A stretch of DNA of 64,000 bases, from the NCBI GenBank assembly GCA_012295275.1, contig CM022667.1, positions 16,244,001-16,308,000 on the forward strand, in the 5' to 3' direction. This stretch comes from Chrysomallon squamiferum. Its lineage: Eukaryota > Animalia > Mollusca. Shown piece after piece: positions 52,159 through 64,000 of the stretch. The notes under the pieces were generated by a model, which was not told where the DNA came from, did no database searches, and saw only the letters and a list, made by a program, of their open reading frames with translations. A program made the translations under genes and the position numbers. Each line of letters begins with the position of its first letter. The first letter of the stretch is position 1.

Positions 52159-53050
52159 TTATTTTTTATTTTTCTCGGTTTTCTCTTCTTGTTCATGTCT
52201 TTCTATTTCTACACTTTTTTTTCTCAGTATATCTCTATCTTGAAAGTAGATTGTTTGCAGGGAATCAAGTTCAAGAAAATATCTGTTTTCTTCTACCATT
52301 GTCATGGATGGAAAGAAAAGAAGTACTGAAAGGCTCTGCATTGTACATTGTATAATTTTGTCTGATGATATATATTCATTTGTTTGTAACATTACAGCAA
52401 TGAGGGCATTGAACATCAAGACGGAAGTGAGAAGGATAAAGAGCGCAACAAGTGTTGTGGCCAACCAAGGCACACTTGCTTCATTCAGCACCGAAGAAAC
52501 CCAGCATCAGGTTAAATAAAGTTACAGTAATCATTGAAAACTACAAAAATTCTCAGAGTTGTTACTTATTACATTGTATATTACCTGAAACAAATAGCAT
52601 GTAAATCATCGCTGTAAATGGCAGATATTCGATCAATAGAATGACTAAAAATCAAATCATATCACAGAATACAACTTTTTGTATCATCACGGTGAAAAAA
52701 TTTAGGAGCCATCATCCAATAAGGACTAAAATAATAATAAGGTAGTGGGAACCAGTCTGAATGAAGTACCAAAGAGCGTCTACAAGATGTTGTTACAGAA
52801 AACACAAGCAACAGAAAAAGGTATGTCCTATTGTGATGGATCGTTCTGAAATTCAAGTATTTTCCTTTATAAAGACATCTTCCTTCTATCAGCAAATATT
52901 GTATAGGAATAATCAAATTTGAGGAACCGATCGTATTAACAAAACAAATTTACTTTGTGATGACGTTTGATTCTTCCCTAATATCGAATATGTATGTTAC
53001 TGAAAAGAACATATAATATAATCCCAGTGATATCCATGAGGTGGAAGATT
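52159..53050 (-). pseudogene. TRP channel (TRPV-like) transmembrane-region pseudogene
   Basis: Minus-strand fragments with stops and frameshifts: IHHN..Y..LL.FS, FFTVMIQKVVFCDMI*FLVILLIE...FTAMIYMLF (S4-S5 linker/S5), TLFNLMLG (pore helix), FILLTSVLMFNALIAVM..T (S6). Confidence 0.75.
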
Positions 53051-53061
53051 CCCCACAAATA

Positions 53062-56000
53062 GTATGATACAGATATTTGAGATGAAAAAAAAAAGTTTTC
53101 TTGTGTTCTTGAATTAATTATCTATACATAGATTCCAATAATTAAATACATACTTCTTACCAATAAATCAAGGTGTTATCTAAATAAAATTTAAGATGTT
53201 AATAAGTTGAAATTGTTAAAATCTAGTGACAAAATATATATAATTTACTTCAGCTAGCAGTGTCTAAAGAAATTATAAAATCTTTGGTATTTTTTTGTTT
53301 TTCTTACAGATTCTAATGGACAAGACGTATTACTTGTCTCGGTTATAAAATTTAGTCAGACATGTTCCTGTGTTGACATTTGACTCCAGTTTTCTTCAAG
53401 TTGCAACTCCAGTCCTGAAGTTGACAAATGTCTGTATTACCTGATTATATTTTCTTATCATTGTTATTTTTGTCATCCAGCCCTCTGAACATGAAATTTA
53501 TATTCCTGAATGTTCTCATATATAGAATTTTACTATGATAATATGTACTGAATATAACATGGGCTGAGTTAAAACGATTTGGCAAAAATTCACAAATACA
53601 AACTGAACTGGTGCATGAATGGATAAATACTATATGTGCGTGTGCGTTCGTGCGTGTGTTTTACACGCAGATAATTAGAATCAATTTATTTTGCTTTAAT
53701 ATCTCATCATAGGTACTTGTATCTGCGCGGTTAAATGCTAAATTAAACAACTTTGATTTCAGGATGGGACTTTTCATGAGACAAAACTTTCAAATATTGT
53801 ATCAGCCTGTAATACTATAAAATTCTGCTAGGATATTTGCAGACCTATCAGCCTGTAAAACTGTACAATAATATTTAACGGAAACTACAAGAACATATTT
53901 TGCAGATGTTTAATGAATATCCAGTCAAATCAAATTTAGTAAGAATTAAAAGAAAGATTTATTTTTTTATTGTGACTTGTATATTTATTTATATTATGAA
54001 AAAATGCCAGTTTTTCATTTAGTTTTTTATAAACCAGTTATTAATAATAAAATAATTAATGCTTATTATGGCTCCAAAAAACCTATAAATGGTTTTTTTC
54101 TTTTGAGAGTAAGCATAAAACCAAAATCAACTATTTATTGAGAATAATTGGATTAAATATTAACTATATTACATATTCATATATTTGTCTTCGTATTATA
54201 GTCACTAGTAATAAGGATTCACATTAAAATACTAGCATGATGAAAAATGCATATGACTTAACCATTTTCTGCCTTTGTAATATGTGTCATTATCAGATAC
54301 CACAGATTAGGAATAGTTGTTTTCTTTTCTTACTTTGTTGTCTGAAAATGTAGAACAGTATTTGGAAAAATAAACTAACATCATACTTTTTTTTTCTGAA
54401 TTTATTTGTTTATATTTAATATAATTTTTTGAAAAATATATAATAATAATATTGGTATTATATACTGTAAATAATTTTTAGGATGACTTAATAGATATAT
54501 TTTTTTAAATTATGACGAACACCAAGGCTTACCAATTCTAGTGTATAACAATGAGATAATAGTTACTATCATGAAAATTCACGTTGTTTTCTTTTAAATG
54601 TGAAAAGCAGGAGATTATTTATGAAGTAAAGAAAAAAAAAAAAAAGGCTTACACAAATATCTGAAATGTTGTACATGATAATACGTACAATTTATTTATA
54701 TTTGTTGACAAACGTTACACAGGTAAAATATAAGTATTATTACATATGCTACTATTTTTTCTTTCAACAGTAATTATTAATTCGTATCGAGTTATGCACA
54801 GATCTCTTCGATATACAAAGTCTGCTACTTCATAACGATTTTTTCTCGATTGTGTTTGAAAAAAATAATCTATAATATTAATTATGAAACAGTGGAACTT
54901 CAGAATACGATCACGTAGGTTTTTCATTCAGTTTGCCATCTTCTGTATAAAGCAAGACGTTCAAAGTAAGAGCTGACTGGTTCAAAATAAAGCACGCGCA
55001 CATTCACACAATTTCTTATTTGCACATAATATTACACCTTATCCTTGGCAAAGCTAACTGCCGCTAGGGGCGTTCGCTGACACCATTTCCAGAAATGTCT
55101 AATTCCCAATCTCAAAATATTACGCTAATTTACTCTATGTTTAAAAGCAGAAGAAGATCAAATATCACTTGTATTTCTTTATTTTTTACATGATTCATGA
55201 ACAATTGTTATGTTTTAAAGGAGCATAACTGTTGTAATCTTGTTCTTCATTTATTTTATGCAAGTGTTGCCTTTCTGAGAACCACGTACTGCTAGAATGT
55301 AGGTACATGTTAATATTAATCAAATACAAATTTTCTAAATACAGATATAACCCCGGTAAAAAAAAAAGAAAAAAGCGCAACATAATATCACGGGACAATT
55401 ATTCAAATTTCCCTGCACCGAAAAGCACACCACGGCGCACTGACACTACATAATAGTAAGCACTGAACTAGATGCCATAGAACGCTTAACATGTCACCTG
55501 TACATGAAAAGTAATATTTATTTCTCTGGATGACATTTTGTTTCTAGTGTGGTGTATTTCGGTTATATAGTGTTCTATAAGCCCGATGTAAAGGGGATCT
55601 ACCACAGACACACCCTCTGGCTTTGTGAGAGAGCGTGTCTGTCGCCGACAAGCTTAACAACAGCTAGCTCTGGTTAGCACATTAATTTTGCTCTGTCTGA
55701 CTGGGCTCTAGGGATAGCAATGACATCATTAAGACTAGCTGCGAAAATAATAGTAAAAATACTTAAAAAAAAAAATTTCAATTGTTGATTACTATCAGTA
55801 CAAAGCTGAAATTTTGCAATATACTTTATAGTAAAGTACCACTCAAAATCTGTTGGCAAAGTTACTACTTTTTTTGTTGTTAACATTTTGCATAATTGCT
55901 GTAGCCCTGAATTCAATGTGACCTTGCTTCTTCCATTCTGATTTGGCAAGGAGACAAAACAGAAACTAGTCAGCTGGTTTATGTTTTAAATGAAACTTGT

Positions 56001-56067
56001 CTAGAGAAACATATAGGTTAGAAGATTCATTTTTCAATTGCAGTTTTTATTGTTATGTTTAGTTTAA

Positions 56068-56134
<67 letters not shown>

Positions 56135-56405
56135 GTACACATACAGTCACACAGACATGTAGCTCACTAAATAGAACTGATGCAAAATGACAAAAATGTA
56201 AGAAAAAAATACACCTAATCTGCTGCTTTCGACCTTTGCGATTTATGTTCAGTTGTATGGGAGAAAAAATAGAAAATAGAAATAGTAATACATCATAAAC
56301 AAAAGTAATGTCTAGTCAGAGTAGGGCACTATATATAGATATAAATTCTAAATCAGAGAAAATCCTTTAAAATACTTCTTTGATGCAGAATTGCTAAAAG
56401 TTCAA

Positions 56406-56489
<84 letters not shown>

Positions 56490-59400
56490 CTTTTTTTTAG
56501 AATTATGATGAACACCAAGGTTTACCAATTCTAGTGTATGTCAATGAGATAAAGAAAAAAGTAAAGAAAAAAAGACTTACATAAATATCTGAAATGTTGT
56601 ACATGACAATACTTACAAACTATTTATATTCGCAGACATAGGTTACACAGGTAAAGTATAAATATTTTTATATTCGCTTCCATTTTGTCTTTCAAAGGTA
56701 ATTACAAATTAGTATCGAGGTATGCACAACAATTCTTGATATACGAAGTCTACTGGTTCATAACGATTTTTTCTCGATTCTGTTTGAAAGAAATTAATCT
56801 ATAGTAATAATTATTTAACAGTAAAACTTTAGAAAACGATTACGTAGGTTTGTCATTCAGTTTGCATTCTTCTGTATAAAGCAAGGCGTTCGAAATAAGA
56901 GTGAACTGGTTCAAAATAAAGCAGGCGCTATTACCATAATATCTTACTTTTTATTTAATATTATACCTTATCCTTGAAAGGCTACCTATCGTAGGCGCGC
57001 TGGCTAACACCTTTTCCAGAAATGGCTAATTCCCAGTATCAGTCTGTTAAGCTAATTTACTGCATGTTTAAAAAAAGAATGAGGTCAAGTTTCACTTTCA
57101 TTTCTTTATATTCTTACAAAGACGTAATTGAAAATCCGAAAATAAAGTGAAACAGCAAAAAATTAAGTTAAGAAACAACAGCAACAAAAAACGGTGATTG
57201 CGCTGAAGAAATTATTTAGATGAAGGCTTTCTATGTATCTTCTTTCGTATTCTGACATTTGTTTCACAAATAACTCCCGTATATATCGTATAATTGCCAT
57301 TTAAAGTGAAGCGATGAAAAGTTATTATGTTTTAAAGGTGCGTAACAGTTGCAATTTTAATTTTTTTCTTCATTTATTGTATGCAAGTGTTGCCTTTCTG
57401 AGAAGCATGTACTGCTAGAATGGATATAAATGTTAATATTAATCAAATATAGATTTTCCAAATATAGATTATAACCCCCTCATAAAAAAACAAAATAAAA
57501 TAACAAACAAACAAAACCAAAAAACAAACAAACAAACAATAACAAAAACAACAACAAAAAAAAACCCATAATATCACGGGACAACTTCAAATTTCTCTGC
57601 ACTGAAAAGCACATCACGGTATATTAACACTGCATAATAGTTAGCACTGACCTGGGTGCCCCAGTACACTTAACATGTCATCTATACATGAAAAATAGCA
57701 TATATTTCACTGGGTGGTATTTTTTTCGAATGTTGTGTATTTTTGTTGATATGGTGTTATAAAGGGTATAATAGTAAAAGTTATTGTTAAAAAGAACCAT
57801 AATAAAACATTATTTTTATACTTTTCCAATGTTGTTTTATTACTATCAGTGCCAAGCAGAAATTTTACATCATACTTTATATCTGTTGGTAATAGGCAGA
57901 AAATGTTCTGTGTGTTAGTACGTTTTGTTATTGTTGTTTTTGTTAACATTTTGCATACCTAAGAATGTTGAGCCCTGTACTGCTGTAACTCTGAACTCTG
58001 TGTTACTTTGCGTCTTCCATTCTGATTTGGTGAGGAGAGACATGACATGGATACAAACTAGAAACTAGTCATCTGGTTTATGTTTTGTATTGAACTTGTC
58101 TAGATAATATGCTAAACGTCTTAGAAACATGTAGGTTAGAAGATTCATTTTTCAACTACAATTATTATTAAATTTAGTTTATTATTGTTGTTATTAGACT
58201 TATACATATACCTGTAGCTTATTAAAGAAAATCTGATACTTTCTGTATTTATATGTACGACAAAAAAAAGAGATATATATTGCAGAAATAGTAATATATC
58301 ATAAACAAACAAATAAATATCAGTAAATTACCAGTAATGTCTGGTTAGCTATAAATTTTAAACCATAGAAAATGCAAAACGTACTACTTTGATACAGAAT
58401 TCGTAAAAGATCATCTCTCTCTCAATTTACTCGTATATCAAATCAATTTTCCCATCTGAAATTTATTGAAATACCATTAATCCGTTCCAGCGCCCCAAAA
58501 TCCACCCACATTTTTTGTATTGTGTTTTAAAAAAAGAAAAATGTATTTATAAATGACAAAAAGTGTATAAAATACATTGGTTTTGTAAAGTGTTCGGGGT
58601 CAGTGTTTCTCCATCTTTTCATGGACAGAGGACCGCATCTTAAACAATATTTTAACGCCTTTGGCTGGAACTATAGCCTTCATCGACTCCTTCTGCTTCA
58701 GAAGTACTACACTTGTACTTCCTAGCCAAGTTGACTACATGCACACCTCGCAGGTCAAAGCTAAAAATCGCCTGGGCGACTGGGCGACCTCCGAAAACTG
58801 GTAAGATGGTGCAGTCGTAAGTTAAGGTACCACTGTATAATAATAATAATAATAATAATAATATAAAAATAAATAAGTACAAATATTAAAACATAAATTA
58901 TTTACTTGGATAATAAAATAATACAATGTAGGGCACATTTTACTTTTCCTACGAGATTAATTTTGCCCTTTCCTTAAAAGTAACGAAATATAACCAGTGT
59001 TTTTTACCTGGGTTCTATTATGCTCTCTTTCAGGAAGTATAGGCAAAAAAATGTTAATAAATAAATAAATAAACCTAGATTGTAAACAAATAGTTGTTTT
59101 TGTAATACATGGTTTTCACTCTCATAATCATCATTAATGCTATTAATATATGACACAATCCAAATGATTGTAAAAATTCAAATAACACGAGATTTTCTTT
59201 TAAGCTGTGTGATATAAATATTAAACAAAAGAAGAACTTCAGTCGAAAACATTCTCATTGTTTTAAATTCTTTTTATAATCTGTAATTTTAATGTCCGTT
59301 TCATCACTACATTGTGAATATAGCTGACTGGTATTCGGATTGTCGGTCGTAATAATGTTTATTTTCTGGAGTACTGTGACAGAAATTTTACAGTGGACTG

Positions 59401-61127
59401 AATAAAAAACAGGAAGCATTCATATACCAGCAAAATTTTATGCCATCTGGTGCCATTATCAGGGTGGGTGTGCCCCCCCCACACTGGCTAAATGGGTGCA
59501 GGACATAATGATAATATTATATTAATTTTTATTCTCTTCTTCTCTAAACATACTGTACATATATCGTATTAGTTCTATTCATATAATAATTCCTGCCATA
59601 TCTTTCAATTACCAGGTAATTAGAGAGTTCGTATTTTACTACAGCAGCGACGTAGTGCCGTGGTAGTCCTCCACACTTGCCTTCGTCCCTCTTAATTTGG
59701 ACGATCTCCACCGCAGTAAAACACCATGGCCGCACTACCTGATTTGCATATGCGCCATTCCGATAATGCACTTTTCAAGCCCAATTCCTCCAGAATAGTA
59801 ATCCCCAAATCTTGCTAATACTGGAACACCAGAAATGTTGGTCCGCAACTGTATGTATGTATATGTTTTTATGTCTGAGTTTCTCTTTGTGTGCGTCTGC
59901 GCGTACACACACACATGCAGGGATCGAGGGCAAAATCCACTTTACAAAAGCCCATTCAGAAACATTTCAGTTCCATTTCAAGTTCGAATTTGATTATATT
60001 TTTAATTTCTCTGCCTGATTATACAACATAATAGACAATTATAGTACAACATTACAGATGATAGTTTATTTATTTTATTGCAGAGAATTGGCCCAAACGT
60101 CCTTTTCCCTTGCCAGATATTATCTCTTTTCTCTTGAAATATCTTTCATTTAAGTGACACTGATAACATCCCATATGCGTGACAATACTGGCAGATTACT
60201 ACTGTTCTTGTTTCTTAAGACAGCCCAAGTGACAGTATTTACTTTATGGTAATGTCCCAGTGTCTTGGAGGAATTTCTCAAGTACTCTAAATCTAAATAA
60301 ACAGAAATACACCTCAGACGCATTAACGATGTTTATGTATCTTTAGATTATGTTAATGCTTTCAGTTCAGTCCCTCACACATAAAATTTATTTAGGGGAA
60401 TATACTCTAAATAAAAAAGTGTTTAGCCTGACAAGAACTGCGAATTTTAGCTGCTGGTATAAAAATTTGTAATTTACAAATGGCTGACTTACCTAAATCT
60501 GATGATATAAATTTATTATTTACTTTTTTACTTATTATGATTATTTTGTTTTGTTTTTTTAATAAAAGTAACCTGGGTAATGTCAAAAATAATGCTTCTG
60601 CAAGATCGAATAGCATGGTGCAAGCTTCTTTAAGAAGCTGTTACTTGTCGAAAGCAACCTAAACCATGCGAAAGAGGAGACTCTATTCCATGGAAATCCT
60701 TTCCGATTCAAAGTAAACCATCACATTGCAATATGTACGCCCTTTCAACCGGCACGCACAGGCTATTAAGTAAACGTAGAAATAGACACGAGTGATTTTT
60801 AAACGCTGAGCATGGAGCATTTTTTTGTAAGTATACAGAAGTTATTTAATCATAAAACAGTTTAAAATGCAAATGCTACATGGTTCAAGTGTTAGATAAA
60901 TCACTGTATAATGCTTATATACAAACAGTGGACACGACCAGTCTTTGCGTGTTAAACATATAAGCATGTAACCAATATGTAGTTAAAAATTTCAGACCTA
61001 TTTTTCTAGAATCAATGAATACCGTCACGATTTGTGTAATGTGTTAAATTTCAGACATGTGTAAACTTGTCTTACAGAAATTTAGAAACTGAACTGCCCA
61101 CCAAAACAGAACAAACAACAACAGCTA

Positions 61128-61191
<64 letters not shown>

Positions 61192-64000
61192 GGGGTAGTA
61201 GTAGCATGGCCAACATCAGTTAGAGGGATATCTGTTCGAAATGTCAAGACTTTAGCCTGCTTTCTCAGTCATTAGACACATTCACTCTGCTACAGATAAA
61301 GCGAGCTCAGCCCACGTGGAGCACGGCCTGCAGAAAAGACGGCAGTGTAAACGTGTTGAACGTGCTCGACCTTGTGCTACTTTCTGGTAGGCGAAGCCCG
61401 CAGGAAGAGGCGAGCTCAGTGTAAACGCACCCGTATGTAAAATAAAATTCTTTACTCAAGACTAATTAGACTGCTACAAATACAGAGTGCCTGTCGTGTG
61501 TGTGTGTGTGTTTATATGTGTATGTGTGTGTGTGTCTGTGTCTGTGTGTGTGAGTGCGTGCGTGCGTGTGCTTATTTTCTGTCGTTACATAGCTGGATTC
61601 AATACGTAAACAACACCCAACGCCGTAACAATCCTTTGCCATAATTTTCCGGTCGAATAATTCTCTTTACATCGACGAAACATATTAATTTGTTTCAAGC
61701 TGTCATTTTGTCAAAGTTTTGGATCTGAATAAAAACAATAACTGTAATTTTGTGGCGAAAATTAGATGTTCTCCATCCACTCTGAGACCTTATCTAAGAA
61801 AATGTCAGACATCTGGTCATCTTGCATGTAAAACTGATTGGTTGGGAAGTTGAGGCAAGATAGAATTTAAAAACGGTAAAGTCTTTATATGTTCAAAGCT
61901 CTTTTTCAGTACGAGTAGTTCGGATAATCGTGGTTTTCATTAGTTATTGCCCATAACATAGCTACGAGCTGCATCAATATCAATGACGTCCATGAACACT
62001 TGATAAGAATCAAGCTGACGTGTTTCCCTAATGTTTTATATTAAACCCAAGCATCCAAGTCCTACACTCTAAATAAATTCAAGATCCATCTATCCATCCA
62101 TACATCCATCCATCCATCCATCCATCCATCCATACATACATACAACGATACATAAATGAATACATACAAAATACATTCATACATTACCACATTTTAACAT
62201 TAATGTTTGTTACATTTTCAGGATGTTTTATTAAAGTGTATTTCAAAATATCAAATTATCTTCTATTTTCTTGAGTAATGTTTCAGAATGTTATTCATAT
62301 TTTTTTGAACTCAGTAAAAAGTATCTTGATAGAATTATTTGCTGCCAGAATTAATTTTAAAACTTCATTAAACCAGTTTGAACATTAGCAGATCTCTCCA
62401 TCTTGTTCTGTCAAGTGTCATGCCAAAAAAAAAAAAAAATAAATAAATAAAGAAAATAAATAAAAAAAGTAGAAACAAAACAAAACAGGGAATATTTTTT
62501 TTTTCAAACATTAAAGCTTAAACGTTCATTTAAAGAAGAAAAAAGTAAACTCTAAATTTTAAAGTCTCATCATTATAGAGACTATTTAATATGTTCGTAT
62601 TTTTTCAATTCTCTCTAATCAGCATATTTTATATTTGTTTATACCCAAGTAAGCTTGTTGTTGTTTATGTAGCCTAATAAGTATATTATCATTATTTTAT
62701 CCATTGTACATCTCTAATGCTTTTGTGTTCCGCTTCTCAGTTTTTTATTTATTTAATTTATTTTGTTAATATTCTAAATCGAGTGACGTTTGAAATTTGA
62801 CTAAATTTTTGACCCAGTTAATTTCTTCTGTGTAACACCCATCTCAGAATGATGTGAAGTGTAGATAACAGCTGAATGGAACATGATGCACTAGCAATTA
62901 TTTACCTTTAACCTTTTCACAAATTTTGCAATTACCGATTTATGTGTGACTTTTAATGATAACAACTTTACAGGTAAGCAATATTTTAATATGTCTTGTA
63001 TTGAACTTTTGGGGTTCACGAATTCCAGCTTTGGTAACATTAAACTGTACAAGTGTTTAGAACAATTCCATAAAAAACAGTGACTAGGGTTAGCTGATTT
63101 ATTTTGTCTCTAGAGCTTTTATATTCATCTTTCAGCTGCAGACTTGATTTAATCCTTTAAGTTCTATCATTTGTTAAATAATAGTTGAATACACATCATT
63201 TAAAACTGAATTCATAGTTCTTTTTATGTATCAGACATTTTCAGAAAATATTTTGCTGTTATCCACCATTTTCATTTAAATCATTTATATATATATATAT
63301 GCCATTAACAGATACAATGATACCAATAAATGAAAGCACATAAGGTACTGAGGATAAAGATTTTTCTTTTAAGTTAATTAATTAATTCATTTGTTTCCTT
63401 GTGTAATCAAAAGTAATAGTAACGTTAATTGTTAACCAAACTGCAATTATATTGAAAGTATCTACCTTAATTTTGGGCTGTTCATTTGCATTTTTATTTG
63501 TGTTTTCTTATATGCATATACACCTAGTAACACACGCAGAAACATACATACACATAAAACAAACGAAACAAAAATACACAAGCCCACAAATACATAGATA
63601 CACGTACACACAAACACACAAAGACACACGATATTGTATTATCATTATCATTTTGCAGTGAATGACAGAACATTCAGAGTTAGAAGTTATAGCACTTTTA
63701 TTTCTAAATAATAAAACTTGTAAGAAGACAAAAATATGAAAAAAAGAAGAAAAACATCCTCACAATATATACAATACATTAAGTGTTAATACATTAAACT
63801 CACAATACATTAAATGTCATCGATGTTTTAAAATGCTGATTTGTAATTGTATTCTTATAAGATTAAATACAGTATTTTAATATAATTATAATTAATTTTA
63901 TGGATATTTGATAAAATAAAACAATTTAATAAATATTAATTGCTGATGGATATGGATAACATATTATGTCTGTATATATAACTGCAATAAAGAATAACAC
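53062..64000 (+). repeat. Segmental duplication, copy B (runs off the window end; contains an internal ~1.5-kb re-duplication)
   Basis: As for copy A; block 39770-41160 occurs twice in B (~54500-56040 and ~56490-58160). Confidence 0.92.
53310..53430 (+). pseudogene. POLD2: Decayed duplicate of the POLD2 last exon
   Basis: ttacag|attctaatggacaagacgtattacttgtc... matches 38501 onward, with a ~35-bp internal deletion and a lost stop; flanked by copies of intron 9 and the 3' UTR. Confidence 0.9.

Noticed and set aside
58652-58882. 76-aa minus-strand ORF in a GC-richer patch
   Set aside because: Begins in an (ATT)n repeat, and the patch ends in a Tigger-like TIR (cagtggtaccttaacttacga at 58835-58815, next to TA); likely a one-ended transposon fragment.

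Overview
AT-rich, microsatellite-dense animal genomic DNA, most likely a gastropod mollusc (inferred from repeat and protein motifs recalled from memory, not from a search). Most entries in the ORF track are translations of simple repeats. Three spliced genes were reconstructed by hand. (1) 6524-18382 (+): a 12-exon, ~1112-aa predicted type-I membrane protein with the order signal peptide, CCP, CCP, F-type-lectin-like (FTP) domain carrying a ~180-aa N-glycosylation repeat insert, CCP, FTP, kringle, kringle, degenerate kringle, Thr-rich stalk, conserved juxtamembrane motif and TM helix. All its introns are phase 1, and decayed kringle exon copies lie nearby. (2) EMC8/9, 28768-23235 (-), 5 exons, 198 aa, intact. 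(3) POLD2, 28963-38658 (+), head-to-head with EMC8/9, with a frameshift in coding exon 1 and most of exon 6 replaced by a 33-bp minisatellite. The right half is an old segmental duplication (~38250-51260 vs ~53060-64000) spanning a 200-N gap. It includes a dead copy of the last POLD2 exon, a triplicated ~1.4-kb block, a TRPV-like channel pseudogene at the junction, and copy-specific insertions: a Tc1 element, a Tigger-like MITE nested in an inverted repeat, and a 410-bp tandem duplication.
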